A stretch of 64,000 nt of DNA. Origin: Deltaproteobacteria bacterium. GTDB lineage: Bacteria > Desulfobacterota > Binatia > Binatales > Binataceae. This document shows, piece by piece, positions 38,907 to 47,568 of the stretch. The position numbers were made by a program, and so were the translations under genes. The notes under the pieces were generated by a model, which searched no databases, was not told the origin of the DNA, and worked only from the letters and a program-made list of their open reading frames with translations. The DNA is taken from the NCBI GenBank assembly GCA_021801125.1, contig JAJYYI010000017.1, positions 33,095-97,094 of the forward strand, in the 5' to 3' direction. Each line of letters opens with the position of its first letter. Within the stretch, counting starts at the first letter, position 1.

Positions 38907-39989
38907 CTATTGGACTACATCCGAGTCGTTGGCCGGTATGCACAGCGCGCAGGGAAGGTCGCCGAACAGCTCCCTTCGCGCCTGATCACATGACCTAGCG
39001 TCGCTGTATATACCCCATGAGACCGAGCGCGCGAGCTTGTTTCGCTTCAAGCAGGTTATGCTCAGTTGGGCCTTGTTCCACTGCTCACCCATGAGCAGCA
39101 GCCACATGTCCAGAGGATTGCGGCCTCCCCACATCGGGTCCGTGCTGGAAACGCAGGCCAGTCCGCCTTCGCTCGCCTCATCGGCGTGGGGATCAAGCGC
39201 CGTCTCCGGCTTCTGACCGCTAAATTGATGCCTGACGCGTCGGCAATCGGCCGCCCGCTGGTAGACGCCGAGAATCATCGGGCTCGGCTCGCCTGCCCGC
39301 ACCCGGCCGGAAGCGCCGTCGACTCCGCTCCTCATTAACACCCAGACTTGCCGCGTCGGTGTGGATGCCGCGGCCGGAGCGCTTCGCGCAATCTGCTGCT
39401 CCCATTGCGCGGACTGGCTGCGATCCGCGGTCGGCAGCATCGTATAGGCCGTGGCGGCGTTCTTGGCCTCTTGCAGGTGCCCGGTCTGAATCAGCCCGGT
39501 GATCATCTGCCCGTACTCGCTTTTGAGGCCGACGTCGACCTGGCTGCGCACTTTCTCGCTCGCCTTGACGCAATTCTGCTGCACCTGCTCGGGAGAGACG
39601 ACGACGCCGTTGCCGGGCTGGCCCGCGGACGTGGGTTTGGAAACGCGGTAGCTCGCCAAGCAGTAGGCGTCCATAATCCGCTGATGCTGGCTCGGTGGGA
39701 TCTCGCGCGCGAACAGCGAATCGTTCACCACGGATCGAAGGTCAGCGAAGGCCAGTTGCGGGTCGCTATTCGACTCCACCAGCAGCACGCCGTTTGCCGC
39801 CTTGGCCCTGAGTTGGCAGGCCTCGTCGCACCATGGAAGCCCGCCCATCACGGCGACGTTTTTATAGTGTCCTTCGTCCAGTTCCGTATAGCTTCGCTTG
39901 TACTGGCGAGTTTGTTCCACGCACGAGGCGAGAAACAGACTCGCAATCGGCCAAAGCAAAAAGACCAGCCATGCCCTTGGTAATCTCAT
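38907..39989 (-). CDS. Putative lipoprotein of unknown function
   Basis: Signal peptide plus lipobox (FLASC). Soluble Cys-containing domain with no recognisable family. Confidence 0.45.
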   Translation of the reverse strand: MRLPRAWLVFLLWPIASLFLASCVEQTRQYKRSYTELDEGHYKNVAVMGGLPWCDEACQLRAKAANGVLLVESNSDPQLAFADLRSVVNDSLFAREIPPSQHQRIMDAYCLASYRVSKPTSAGQPGNGVVVSPEQVQQNCVKASEKVRSQVDVGLKSEYGQMITGLIQTGHLQEAKNAATAYTMLPTADRSQSAQWEQQIARSAPAAASTPTRQVWVLMRSGVDGASGRVRAGEPSPMILGVYQRAADCRRVRHQFSGQKPETALDPHADEASEGGLACVSSTDPMWGGRNPLDMWLLLMGEQWNKAQLSITCLKRNKLARSVSWGIYSDARSCDQARRELFGDLPCALCIPANDSDVVQ

Positions 39990-40547
39990 ATCCTCCTCAA
40001 GCCAAGCGCTCGCACAGGCTTGCCCGAACCATTAAGCGATAGCAGGGTCCCGTATTCAAGAACCAGTCAAAGGCGCCGGGCTGCGCCGGTGCGATAAAAG
40101 CCCCGGCGCGGCCGCGTCGGAGCCGCGCTGCGCGGCGACGTTCACATTACGCTTCCACCAACGGCCCTCGCCGACTATGATGACACGCGCGAGGGCTTTA
40201 TCCGACGGGCGTCAGGGCCGATCTTCGCGCTCGATGCCGAAGCAGGCGACGCTGGAGCGACGTACTTGCGCTCTTTGCAGCGCAGCCGTTGAGACTATGG
40301 TAAAGGTGGCCGACCGCACTTGCCAGGACACGCACGCGCTCGGCAAGAGCGCGCAGTTGATGCGGCCAATCTCCCAACCGTCGAACGCAGGCGCCGTCCG
40401 GCGAATCACCGCCGCTCAGCGTGACGTCGGCGGCGCATTTTTCCCGATCAAACCCGCGCAAGCGTTGCTTCGGCTGTCCCGCCAACCGCTTGCCCCACTC
40501 AGCGCGGCTCAATCTTGAAGGCGAACCCCATCGGGTTTTGAAAGATC

Positions 40548-41744
40548 ATGCCTGAAATATCATTTAACCCTTGGGATCCTGAATTTCGCGCGAACCCCTA
40601 TCCCTTCTACACGCTGCTGCGCCAAGGTCCGCCGCTGCTGCTCGAATTCCCCCAGGCCTTCGTGGCGTTCGTAACCCGCTACGACGACGTCGATGCGTTG
40701 CTGGACGACACGGAAACTTTGTCTAACGTGCGGATGCTGCCGCGGGAGACGCTCATGGCGGGCCCGTTCGGCGGGGCGCAGACGATGCTCACCTCTGATC
40801 CTCCCACCCATTCGCGGCTGCGCCACCTCGTAAGCCGAGACTTCACGCCGAAGCGGGTACGCGACCTGGAGCCTGATATCAGGAGTCTTACCTCCGAGCT
40901 GCTGGACAAGGTTGAAACGCAAAAGGGCGTTTTTGAAGTCATGGGCGACCTCGCCATTCCCCTGCCCGTGATGGTGATCGCAAATATGCTGGGTATAGAC
41001 CGCGACCATTACGGGATCTTCAAGGCGTGGTCGGACGCTATCGTGTCGGGCAACAACCCCAACGTTTCCGGCGCGAGGCCCTTCGGTTTCCACGAAGCCG
41101 TCGCCGCTATCCGCGGTTATTTTACGGCCGAAATAGAGAAGCGACGGCGACGTCCGGGAGAAGACCTTTTGAGCGCCCTGGTGGCCGCGCACGACGACGC
41201 CGAAGCGTTGACCGAGGACGAATTATTGGCCTTTGTCGTGTTGCTTTTGCTCGCCGGCAACGAAACGACGACGACGTTGATCGGCAACGCGCTGCTCGCT
41301 CTGGCGCGCAACCCCGACCAATTCGAACGCTTGCGCGCCGAGCCCAATCTGATGCCCAAGGCGATCGAAGAATTCCTGCGCTATGACGGCCCGGTTCAGG
41401 CAGTCCTCCGATACACCAAGCAAAACGTCAACCTTCGCGGCACGGACGTTCCCGCGAAAACCGCGGTTTTTCTGGCTCTGGCCTCGGCAAACCGCGACCC
41501 GGCGCAGTTCACCGACCCCGATACGCTCGATCTGGGGCGCTCGCCGAATAATCATGTCGCTTTTGGCCACGGTATTCACTTCTGCCTCGGCGCCACGCTC
41601 GCTCGCCTCGAAGCTGCGATCGCCCTAGGCGCGGTGCTCGAGCGCTTTCCTCGACTTCGCCTAACTGACCCCGAAGGGCGCATCGCCTACCGAGGCTCCT
41701 TCGCCTTGCGCAGCCCGGACGCCATTCAGATGCGCGTCGAATAG
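40548..41744 (+). CDS. Cytochrome P450
   Basis: Heme-binding loop FGHGIHFCLG. EXXR (EFLRYDGP) and the I-helix motif LLAGNETT. Confidence 0.85.
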   Translation: MPEISFNPWDPEFRANPYPFYTLLRQGPPLLLEFPQAFVAFVTRYDDVDALLDDTETLSNVRMLPRETLMAGPFGGAQTMLTSDPPTHSRLRHLVSRDFTPKRVRDLEPDIRSLTSELLDKVETQKGVFEVMGDLAIPLPVMVIANMLGIDRDHYGIFKAWSDAIVSGNNPNVSGARPFGFHEAVAAIRGYFTAEIEKRRRRPGEDLLSALVAAHDDAEALTEDELLAFVVLLLLAGNETTTTLIGNALLALARNPDQFERLRAEPNLMPKAIEEFLRYDGPVQAVLRYTKQNVNLRGTDVPAKTAVFLALASANRDPAQFTDPDTLDLGRSPNNHVAFGHGIHFCLGATLARLEAAIALGAVLERFPRLRLTDPEGRIAYRGSFALRSPDAIQMRVE

Positions 41745-41977
41745 TGCGCGTCGAATAGGGCTGGCCCCACGGGGGTTCGCCACGCTCACCTCGAACGCGG
41801 GCGCCCGCCGTCTCGCGTCCTACAGGAAAAAACTAAAACGATAGCTTCGCGCTGCTCCAGGCGGGCGCGGACGCCACGTATGCGCTTCGCAAACGCGCGA
41901 AAAGAAGAATTTTCAACGACGCAGTAGACGGAAAAAGAAAAGAAGAAACTGCCTCAAAACGAAAGGGTGCGAAAACG

Positions 41978-41996
41978 GCGCAAGGGCGCCTTGCGC
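41978..41996. terminator. Palindromic GC-rich hairpin (GCGCAAGG-GCG-CCTTGCGC) in an A-rich spacer between the convergent P450 and NUDIX genes; putative bidirectional terminator
   Basis: A perfect 8-bp inverted repeat read directly from the sequence, at the point where the two transcripts converge. Confidence 0.35.
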
Positions 41997-42019
41997 GGAC
42001 GGGATAAAAAAGCGCGGCT

Positions 42020-42691
42020 TTAGGTGTCCGAGGTCGAATTGGCTTGGAGCTTCGTCCTTCTTCCTCGCCGGCCGCGATTGTTGCCGTCATGGATCGTCAG
42101 CAAGTGGAATGCCGCGATCACCAGAGCGTGCGTGATGCGGCCACCGGCTATCAGCTGCGGGATCCGGTCGAGCGGATAAAGAACGACCCGAGTTGCCTCA
42201 TCGCTATCGAGTTTCTTGGGACCGGCCCTGACCACGTTTCGCGCCAAAAATGAAAAGCAAAGGTTATCCAGGATCGCGGGATTCGGATGAACGCTGCCCA
42301 ACTCGATTAACTCGGTCGAGTCATAGCCCGTTTCCTCGCACATCTCACGGCGTGCAGCTTCGAGCGGGTTAGGATCTTCCTGGTCTACCATCCCACCCGG
42401 TACCTCAAGCGTCACGGCCTCCACGCCATGGCGGTATTGGCGCACCATGACGACCTCGCCCTGCGGCGTAAGCGGTATGATATTGACCCAGAACGGCGCC
42501 TTGAGCACGAAGAAATCGCGCTTTCCGCGCCGCGGATGAAGGCTGCGCTGGCGGCGCAGCTCGAAGATTGGCGTGCGCGACAGGAGCTTCGTCTCGATCG
42601 TTTGCCATTTCAACACGTTTTCTTCCCCATGCGGAACGCCATTCTCGCACCTGCGCGGCGCGTCAGTGCACGGTGACGTTCGCTTCGCCAT
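42020..42691 (-). CDS. NUDIX hydrolase (ADP-ribose pyrophosphatase-like)
   Basis: Nudix box GGMVDQEDPNPLEAARREMCEETGY (Gx5Ex7REuxEExGu). Confidence 0.75.
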   Translation of the reverse strand: MAKRTSPCTDAPRRCENGVPHGEENVLKWQTIETKLLSRTPIFELRRQRSLHPRRGKRDFFVLKAPFWVNIIPLTPQGEVVMVRQYRHGVEAVTLEVPGGMVDQEDPNPLEAARREMCEETGYDSTELIELGSVHPNPAILDNLCFSFLARNVVRAGPKKLDSDEATRVVLYPLDRIPQLIAGGRITHALVIAAFHLLTIHDGNNRGRRGRRTKLQANSTSDT

Positions 42692-42784
42692 GCGAAGCGA
42701 ACGTCACCAACGATCCGCGTTGGCTGGCAGGCTGAAAGAGCGGTCTCTCCGCCGCGCCCGATTGCCATCGGGCACGGCCCATCG

Positions 42785-43297
42785 TCAGAGCAGTCGGTCT
42801 GCGGCAAGCGTCACAAGGCGCGCGATCTCGTCGCGGCAGCGCGCGAAGTGGTCGGAGCCTTTTTCGTACGGGTCCGCAATATCACCGCTCTCGCCGACGA
42901 AGGCCCGCAAGGTTAAGACTTCGCGCCCGCTCGCCACGGGAAAGCCGCGACGCAACTCAACTACTTGTTGCTCAGTCATGGCGAGCGCCAAGTCGGCGGC
43001 TTCGAGCAACTCCGGATGGTGTTTGAGGTCGGTTGACGAAGCCTCTTCCGCAAGCTCTATCCCGATATCGCGCAGCGCCAGGCGCGTGTCCAGGGAGACC
43101 AAAGCTCCATCCCGCGCGTAAGCAGCGATACCGGCCGAGCGCACGCAGATCAAACCGTCGAGACCGCGCCGGTTCAACTCGCGCCGCAGCAGATGTTCCG
43201 CGATCACGCTGCGCGCGGTGTTTGCGGCGCAGATGAACAGGACGGAACGATACCTCGGCTTGACCGCCGGCGCGGGCGCTTGACCCGCGTCGCTCAT
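42785..43297 (-). CDS. Low-molecular-weight protein-tyrosine phosphatase / LMWP-type arsenate reductase
   Basis: VLFICAANTARS CX5R P-loop at the N-terminus and a DPY motif, typical of LMW-PTP/ArsC(Trx). Confidence 0.75.
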   Translation of the reverse strand: MSDAGQAPAPAVKPRYRSVLFICAANTARSVIAEHLLRRELNRRGLDGLICVRSAGIAAYARDGALVSLDTRLALRDIGIELAEEASSTDLKHHPELLEAADLALAMTEQQVVELRRGFPVASGREVLTLRAFVGESGDIADPYEKGSDHFARCRDEIARLVTLAADRLL

Positions 43298-44229
43298 CGC
43301 ACGTCGCTGAGAATCTTGCCCAGCGATTCCTTTTTGGTCAGGCCCTTGGCCAACTCTTCTTTGACTTTACCGCCCAGTTCGGCCGGGTCCCAAAAACCCT
43401 TTTTGGTAATCCGCGACACCGAATGCCATCCCTTCATGAGCCAGACCGACCCTAGGCCCGCCCGGAAGACTTCGCCATGGACGTCCTTGGCGTCGTCGCT
43501 CGCCAACCAGACCACGATGGGCGCGATATGCGCGGGACTGTAGGGGTCGAATTCACCCGGCGCCACTTCAGGCATCGTGGCCGCGGTCTGCGGCGTGGCG
43601 TCGATCGTCATCCGAGTGCGCGCGATCGGTGCGACCGCGTTGGCCGTCACGCCGTAGCGCTGCATCTCCTGGTCAACGATAATCGCGAGCGCTGCGAGCG
43701 CCGCCTTGGCGGCACCATAGTTGCCCTGCCCGGCATTGCCGAGCAGGCCGGAGTCGGAAGTGGTGTTGATCAGCCGGCCGTTGAGCGTGTTGCCGGTCTT
43801 GAACTGCTCGCGCCAGTACGCGCAGGCGTGGCGCGCAAGGTTGAACGACCCCCTGAGATGCACCGCGATTACAGCGTCGAAATCGTCCTCCGACATGTTG
43901 AAGATCATGCGGTCACGCAAGATACCCGCGTTGTTCACCACAATGTTCAACTTGCCGAAGTTGTCGAGCGCGCAATCAATGATGCGCTTGGCGGCCTTGA
44001 AGTCGACCACGCTTTCGTAGTTAGCGACAGCTTCACCGCCGCCGTCGCGAATTTCTCTGCATACCTCTTCTGCGGGCGAACGCGACTGGCCGGTGCCGTC
44101 GAAATGTCCCCCCAAGTCGTTGACCACCACCTTGGCGCCATGTTTCGCCAGCAGCAGCGCCTCTTCACGCCCCACTCCGCGCCCGGCGCCCGTAACGATA
44201 GCGACCTTTCCTTCTAGTAATCTTGCCAT
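43294..44229 (-). CDS. SDR-family oxidoreductase (resembles the (3R)-hydroxyacyl-CoA dehydrogenase domain of MFE-2 type enzymes)
   Basis: VTGAGRGVGR cofactor motif. NNAG. YGAAKAA catalytic dyad. Overlaps the downstream LMW-PTP gene by 4 nt. Confidence 0.8.
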   Translation of the reverse strand: MARLLEGKVAIVTGAGRGVGREEALLLAKHGAKVVVNDLGGHFDGTGQSRSPAEEVCREIRDGGGEAVANYESVVDFKAAKRIIDCALDNFGKLNIVVNNAGILRDRMIFNMSEDDFDAVIAVHLRGSFNLARHACAYWREQFKTGNTLNGRLINTTSDSGLLGNAGQGNYGAAKAALAALAIIVDQEMQRYGVTANAVAPIARTRMTIDATPQTAATMPEVAPGEFDPYSPAHIAPIVVWLASDDAKDVHGEVFRAGLGSVWLMKGWHSVSRITKKGFWDPAELGGKVKEELAKGLTKKESLGKILSDVR

Positions 44230-44664
44230 AGCTGAATATCCCCTTCTGGTCTCCCTTCCTGCGGTTTTATTAAAGAATCAGACGCCTGGCGAACGGCGCG
44301 CCCACGGTCAACGGCTGACCGCGAGACGGCGCGGCCTGGAAATCGTTCGGCAATAAAACTCCCGCTAGTATAGCAAAAGTTGCCTCGGATGAAGGCGTCG
44401 CGGGCCGACCCCACCATTGGTTCAGGGCCTTATCGCATCCTGGCGCAGCTCGCGCCGCAGGGCCGGGGCGGCCTCATAAGGGCTATCTGCGCCGCCGAGT
44501 GGGCGCTGAAGGCGGACTCGCTCTCTGGCATGCTTCGTACCCCGGCCAGGCCGTGAGTGACGAGGGCAAATTGAGGTGATATCCTCTGCGTAAAACTGAC
44601 CTGGGAGCCTGACCGCGCTGTTACGAGCGCGCCGCAAGTCGCAGACACCGGGAGACGAACAGTC

Positions 44665-45033
44665 ATGGTGAAGCAGAAAAAGCTGGCCCGCTTTTTGTGG
44701 AAATCGACCTGAAGTTCATGCCGCAACGCAAGAAGTTTCTTGCGCGACGAACTTAAGGTGGAACTCGATGAGCGCGATTACGTCAAACAACCGTTGTCAG
44801 TAGCCGAGTTGAAAGAACTCTTTCGCGGCCGCGACCCTCGCGATTTCCTCAACCGCAAGAGCGCGGCTTTCAAGCAGCGGGAGCTTGCGGGTAAGGACTT
44901 GAGCGCCGACGAGACGATAGCCCTGATGGCCGCCGAGCCGAATTTTATCAAACGACCCCTGATAATCGCAGGTGGCGAGATGATCGCCGGACTCGATCGC
45001 GACCGCCTTAACGCGCTGTTCGGCCGCAGCTAG
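44665..45033 (+). CDS. ArsC/Spx-family (glutaredoxin-like) reductase, candidate selenoprotein: in-frame TGA at 44710-44712 sits at the catalytic Cys position of the UxxC motif
   Basis: From the ATG at 44665 (GGGAGA 9 nt upstream) the frame reads MVKQKKLARFLWKST-TGA-SSCRNARSFLRDELKVELDERDYVKQPLSVAELKELF... This aligns with the Spx/YffB N-terminus (..Y..P.C..CRKAR.WL...PLS..EL..L) with Sec replacing the first Cys. A hairpin follows the TGA directly. The ORF track calls only the downstream TTG-initiated fragment (44740-45033). Confidence 0.55.
44712..44754 (+). promoter_or_regulatory. Putative bacterial SECIS element (extended hairpin starting 2 nt after the in-frame UGA; apical loop with GU ~25 nt downstream of UGA)
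   Basis: Outer stem AAGUUC (44712-17) pairs with GAACUU (44749-54). Inner stem GCAAGA(A) pairs with (U)UCUUGC around an AGUU loop (44728-44744). Confidence 0.45.
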
Positions 45034-45596
45034 GTTGCCGCACTCTTGGCACCTACCGCTTTCACACCTATTGCTCTCGGATCCTCACCACGGCCGTTAA
45101 GCGCTCTTCAAGAAGATTCTTCGCCTTTTCGGCCTGGCTTATTGGGGCGAGAACCGGGGCATGCTATTGCGACGCCGGCCGGCTCGCCTGCTCACCTGTT
45201 TTTTGCTCGCGCTTCAAAACGGCCGCAGCTAATGGCGAGGCTCTCGCGATCTTGCGCTCTTTCAACTCCTTGTGGCCATCGTCCGCACTCACGTCGTCTT
45301 CCTTGCGTACGCCCGGCTTTGAGGCCCCACGCTCTCGCTCGAACCTGAGCATGAGGCGAAAATCTCAGAGCCGTCCAGAAGCATGGAAGGAGTCTCGCAG
45401 ACGGTCGTGAATCACAGAATGTCGAATCGTAACCGTCTCGGAATAATGTAGACGTAATTTACTTGACTTCGGTCGCATTGATCCGTATGGATACAAGAAA
45501 CTTGGCGCTAACGGGGGTAATCGCCACAGGCAGGACGCCAGCTAGAGTACCTTGGAAAACAATTTCGATAACACAAGCGCCATCTCGACTGAACTA

Positions 45597-45625
45597 TTGA
45601 CTTTTCTCAGCTTGATGGCTATGTA
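45597..45625 (+). promoter_or_regulatory. Sigma70-like promoter: TTGACT - 17 nt - TATGTA
   Basis: Exact match to the -35 consensus in 5 of 6 positions and a 17-bp spacer, in a lower-GC intergenic region ~560 bp upstream of the OMP gene start. Confidence 0.35.
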
Positions 45626-45892
45626 AAGCACGCTACATGTCGTGCCATGGTGGGCGGAAAACCAAAGGTCTTCGAGAAGTCGAAGCGGACCGCGGGTTGG
45701 GCGGGAGAATATGAGCCAGTGCGCGCTCTAGGCGCTCTGGTGAGGTGAGGTTGCAGGGCGGGCCTGTGTAAGGGGCCGTGGCGGTAATTCAACAAGATCA
45801 CCCGAGACCGTTTCATCGCATCTAGCGCGATGAAAGTAGGGATGCCGATGCCGCTGCAGTGCGTCGTGTTGCTGCCACGCACGCGTAAGCAG

Positions 45893-45995
45893 ATCTCGGG
45901 TCAAACAAAGCGCCTGCATAGTCAACGTTTATAACGTCTATTAGGTCTTTACGCTTATTAGGACCCTACGTTCGGGAGGAGGAAACGCTTGATGG
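45893..45995 (+). repeat. Copy 1 of a degenerate ~100-bp direct repeat ('leader' module ending in GTTCGGGAGGAGGAAAC + ATG). It is followed by a 7-codon mini-ORF (ATGGTTAAGGGGCGCCGACAATAA).
   Basis: AAGCGCCTGCATAGTCAACGTTTATAAC...TTAGGACCCTACGTTCGGGAGGAGGAAACGCTTGATG, compared with copy 2. Confidence 0.5.
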
Positions 45996-46116
45996 TTAAG
46001 GGGCGCCGACAATAATCCAACAAGATTAGCCCAAGTTTTTCGCGGTATCTGTTGCGAGAAGCTGAGCACGTCGATGCCTCCCAGGCGCATCGGGCGTTGG
46101 TGTGCGCGCCTGACCA

Positions 46117-46190
46117 AATTTCTGGACAGACGAAGCGCCTGTGTAGTCAACGGTTAATAGGACTTCATGTTCGGGAGGAGGAAAGCATGA
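46117..46190 (+). repeat. Copy 2 of the same direct repeat. It supplies the RBS and start codon of the OMP gene.
   Basis: AAGCGCCTGTGTAGTCAACGGTTAATAGGACTTCATGTTCGGGAGGAGGAAAGCATG. It is ~85% identical to copy 1, apart from a ~27-bp insertion in copy 1. Confidence 0.5.
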
Positions 46191-47284
46191 ACGGTAAAAG
46201 GCTTGTGACCGGGTTTGCGTTGGCCGGCTTCCTATGGCTAGCCTGCGCTAGCGCGGCCAGCGCACAGGGGATCTATAGCTACAGAGGAACCAGCTTCACG
46301 CCAACGGCGCCGGTTCCGGCGAACACCGGCCTCGGGACATACTACAATTTTTTTAACAACACCGACGTCGACTCCTACGGACTCCCGGCGGGTCTCGTGT
46401 TCGGCGCATGGTTCAGCACTTACGTGAGCGACGGGGCATTCTACGGGCCAAACGGCAACAAAGTGGCCGGAGCACCTAACGGCGGAAATATTTGGGCGAA
46501 CGTGGCATGGTTCAACTGGATTTATCCCTGGCAGTTCGACACTCCAAACTTTCGCGTCGGCTTCAACGCTTTCATGCCGATCATCGCCGAAAGCGTCGAA
46601 GTTGCTGGTCCGACGGAATTTTGGTTCAGCCCTCTTGAAATGTTCTACTCGTATCACCAGTTCCGCTTCCTGCGTGACTCCACGTTCTTCGGCCCCTACA
46701 TCTCGCTGCCGGTTGGTGGTGGCTTCGGCTTCACCCCTAACAACGGAGCCGTCAACCAGTACAACTTCGCGTGGTTGATGGAAGGTTGGTATCAGTTCCA
46801 GCACATGGATGAGCTGGCGCTGGGCAACATGGGACTCGGTTGGCTCAACACCTTGGAGTTCCAGCCCTGGTTCTCCTATACCCATCAGCTGAACTCCACA
46901 CCGAATCTGCCGGCAAATGCCGTGTTCAGCACCGCTGGTGCCGCCCAGTTGGGAATTCCGGGAAACGCGCTCGGCGGTTACATGCCCGGGGACGACATCG
47001 ACGCGGGTGGTATCTTCAGCTACGGGCTGAAGCAAATAAACCCCGCCCTCAAGAACTGGCGTGTCGGCATGGTGTTCGACAGCAACTTCAGCGTGTTCCA
47101 AAACACCTGGGCCGGTGCTCCGATCAAAAACACAGCGTTCGAAATGGTGGACGTAGGCCCCAGCATCCAGTACTCCAAAGGCGACTTCGTACTGTGGTTC
47201 TACTACACCACCAACGTGCATACGGAGAACCAATACGGCTACCAGCAGTTCTTCCTCCAGCTCTACTACTTCTTCAATCTGTAA
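46187..47284 (+). CDS. Putative outer-membrane beta-barrel protein (porin-like), with signal peptide
   Basis: Signal peptide MNGKRLVTGFALAGFLWLACASAASAQG. Aromatic/Gly/Asn-rich sequence with alternating hydrophobic residues. C-terminal aromatic cluster (LQLYYFFNL). The ORF track's upstream start (46052) precedes the RBS and is unlikely. Confidence 0.55.
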   Translation: MNGKRLVTGFALAGFLWLACASAASAQGIYSYRGTSFTPTAPVPANTGLGTYYNFFNNTDVDSYGLPAGLVFGAWFSTYVSDGAFYGPNGNKVAGAPNGGNIWANVAWFNWIYPWQFDTPNFRVGFNAFMPIIAESVEVAGPTEFWFSPLEMFYSYHQFRFLRDSTFFGPYISLPVGGGFGFTPNNGAVNQYNFAWLMEGWYQFQHMDELALGNMGLGWLNTLEFQPWFSYTHQLNSTPNLPANAVFSTAGAAQLGIPGNALGGYMPGDDIDAGGIFSYGLKQINPALKNWRVGMVFDSNFSVFQNTWAGAPIKNTAFEMVDVGPSIQYSKGDFVLWFYYTTNVHTENQYGYQQFFLQLYYFFNL

Positions 47285-47316
47285 GAGCGCAGACCGTTCG
47301 CTTTGATGTGTTGCGA

Positions 47317-47353
47317 GGTTTAGGCGGCTTGGGTTCGCTAGCCGCCTAAACCT
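47317..47353 (+). terminator. Perfect 13-bp stem hairpin (AGGTTTAGGCGGC ... GCCGCCTAAACCT) just downstream of the OMP gene
   Basis: Inverted repeat read from the sequence. No U-tract. Confidence 0.4.
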
Positions 47354-47373
47354 AAATTCAAGCATATCGCGAA

Positions 47374-47412
47374 GGCGAGCAGGACCGTTGGGTTTGCTCG
47401 CCTTCTTTTTTG
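47374..47412 (+). terminator. Rho-independent terminator (GGCGAGCA ... TGCTCGCC followed by TTCTTTTTTG)
   Basis: GC-rich 8-bp stem plus a T-tract, 90 nt after the OMP stop codon. Confidence 0.6.
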
Positions 47413-47568
47413 CAGCGACACTACCTGTCCATCCCCACATTTCCTCACTGCTTTGATAACCGCCGCGACCGCAGCCGAGGCGGTCTCTCCGCCTACGGAC
47501 GCCAATGGAATGTATGAAACCTGAAGCCCGCGCGAGGCGCCGGACGGCGCAAGGCGGAGATGATGCAG

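Noticed and set aside
40177-40518. Overlapping 113-aa (+) and 104-aa (-) ORFs in the lipoprotein/P450 intergenic region
   Set aside because: Neither translation shows a motif, hydrophobic helix or signal peptide. Both are Arg/Ala/Ser-rich. Left unannotated as a probable divergent promoter region.
44740-45033. Interpretation of the ArsC-family ORF as a TTG-initiated, N-terminally truncated pseudogene (as implied by the ORF track)
   Set aside because: The in-frame upstream sequence restores the conserved N-terminus up to a proper ATG plus SD. The only interruption is a single TGA exactly at the catalytic Cys position, followed by a hairpin. Sec recoding explains the data better than decay. The pseudogene alternative is recorded under would_refute.
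45164-45352. 62-aa minus-strand ORF downstream of the ArsC-family gene (Lys/Glu/Arg-rich)
   Set aside because: Low complexity and no RBS or motif. Could be a small protein, but the evidence is insufficient.
46052-46186. Upstream extension of the OMP ORF (track start at 46052)
   Set aside because: The extension precedes the strong GGGAGGAGG ribosome-binding site and would place 45 non-signal-peptide residues in front of a textbook signal peptide. The ATG at 46187 is preferred.
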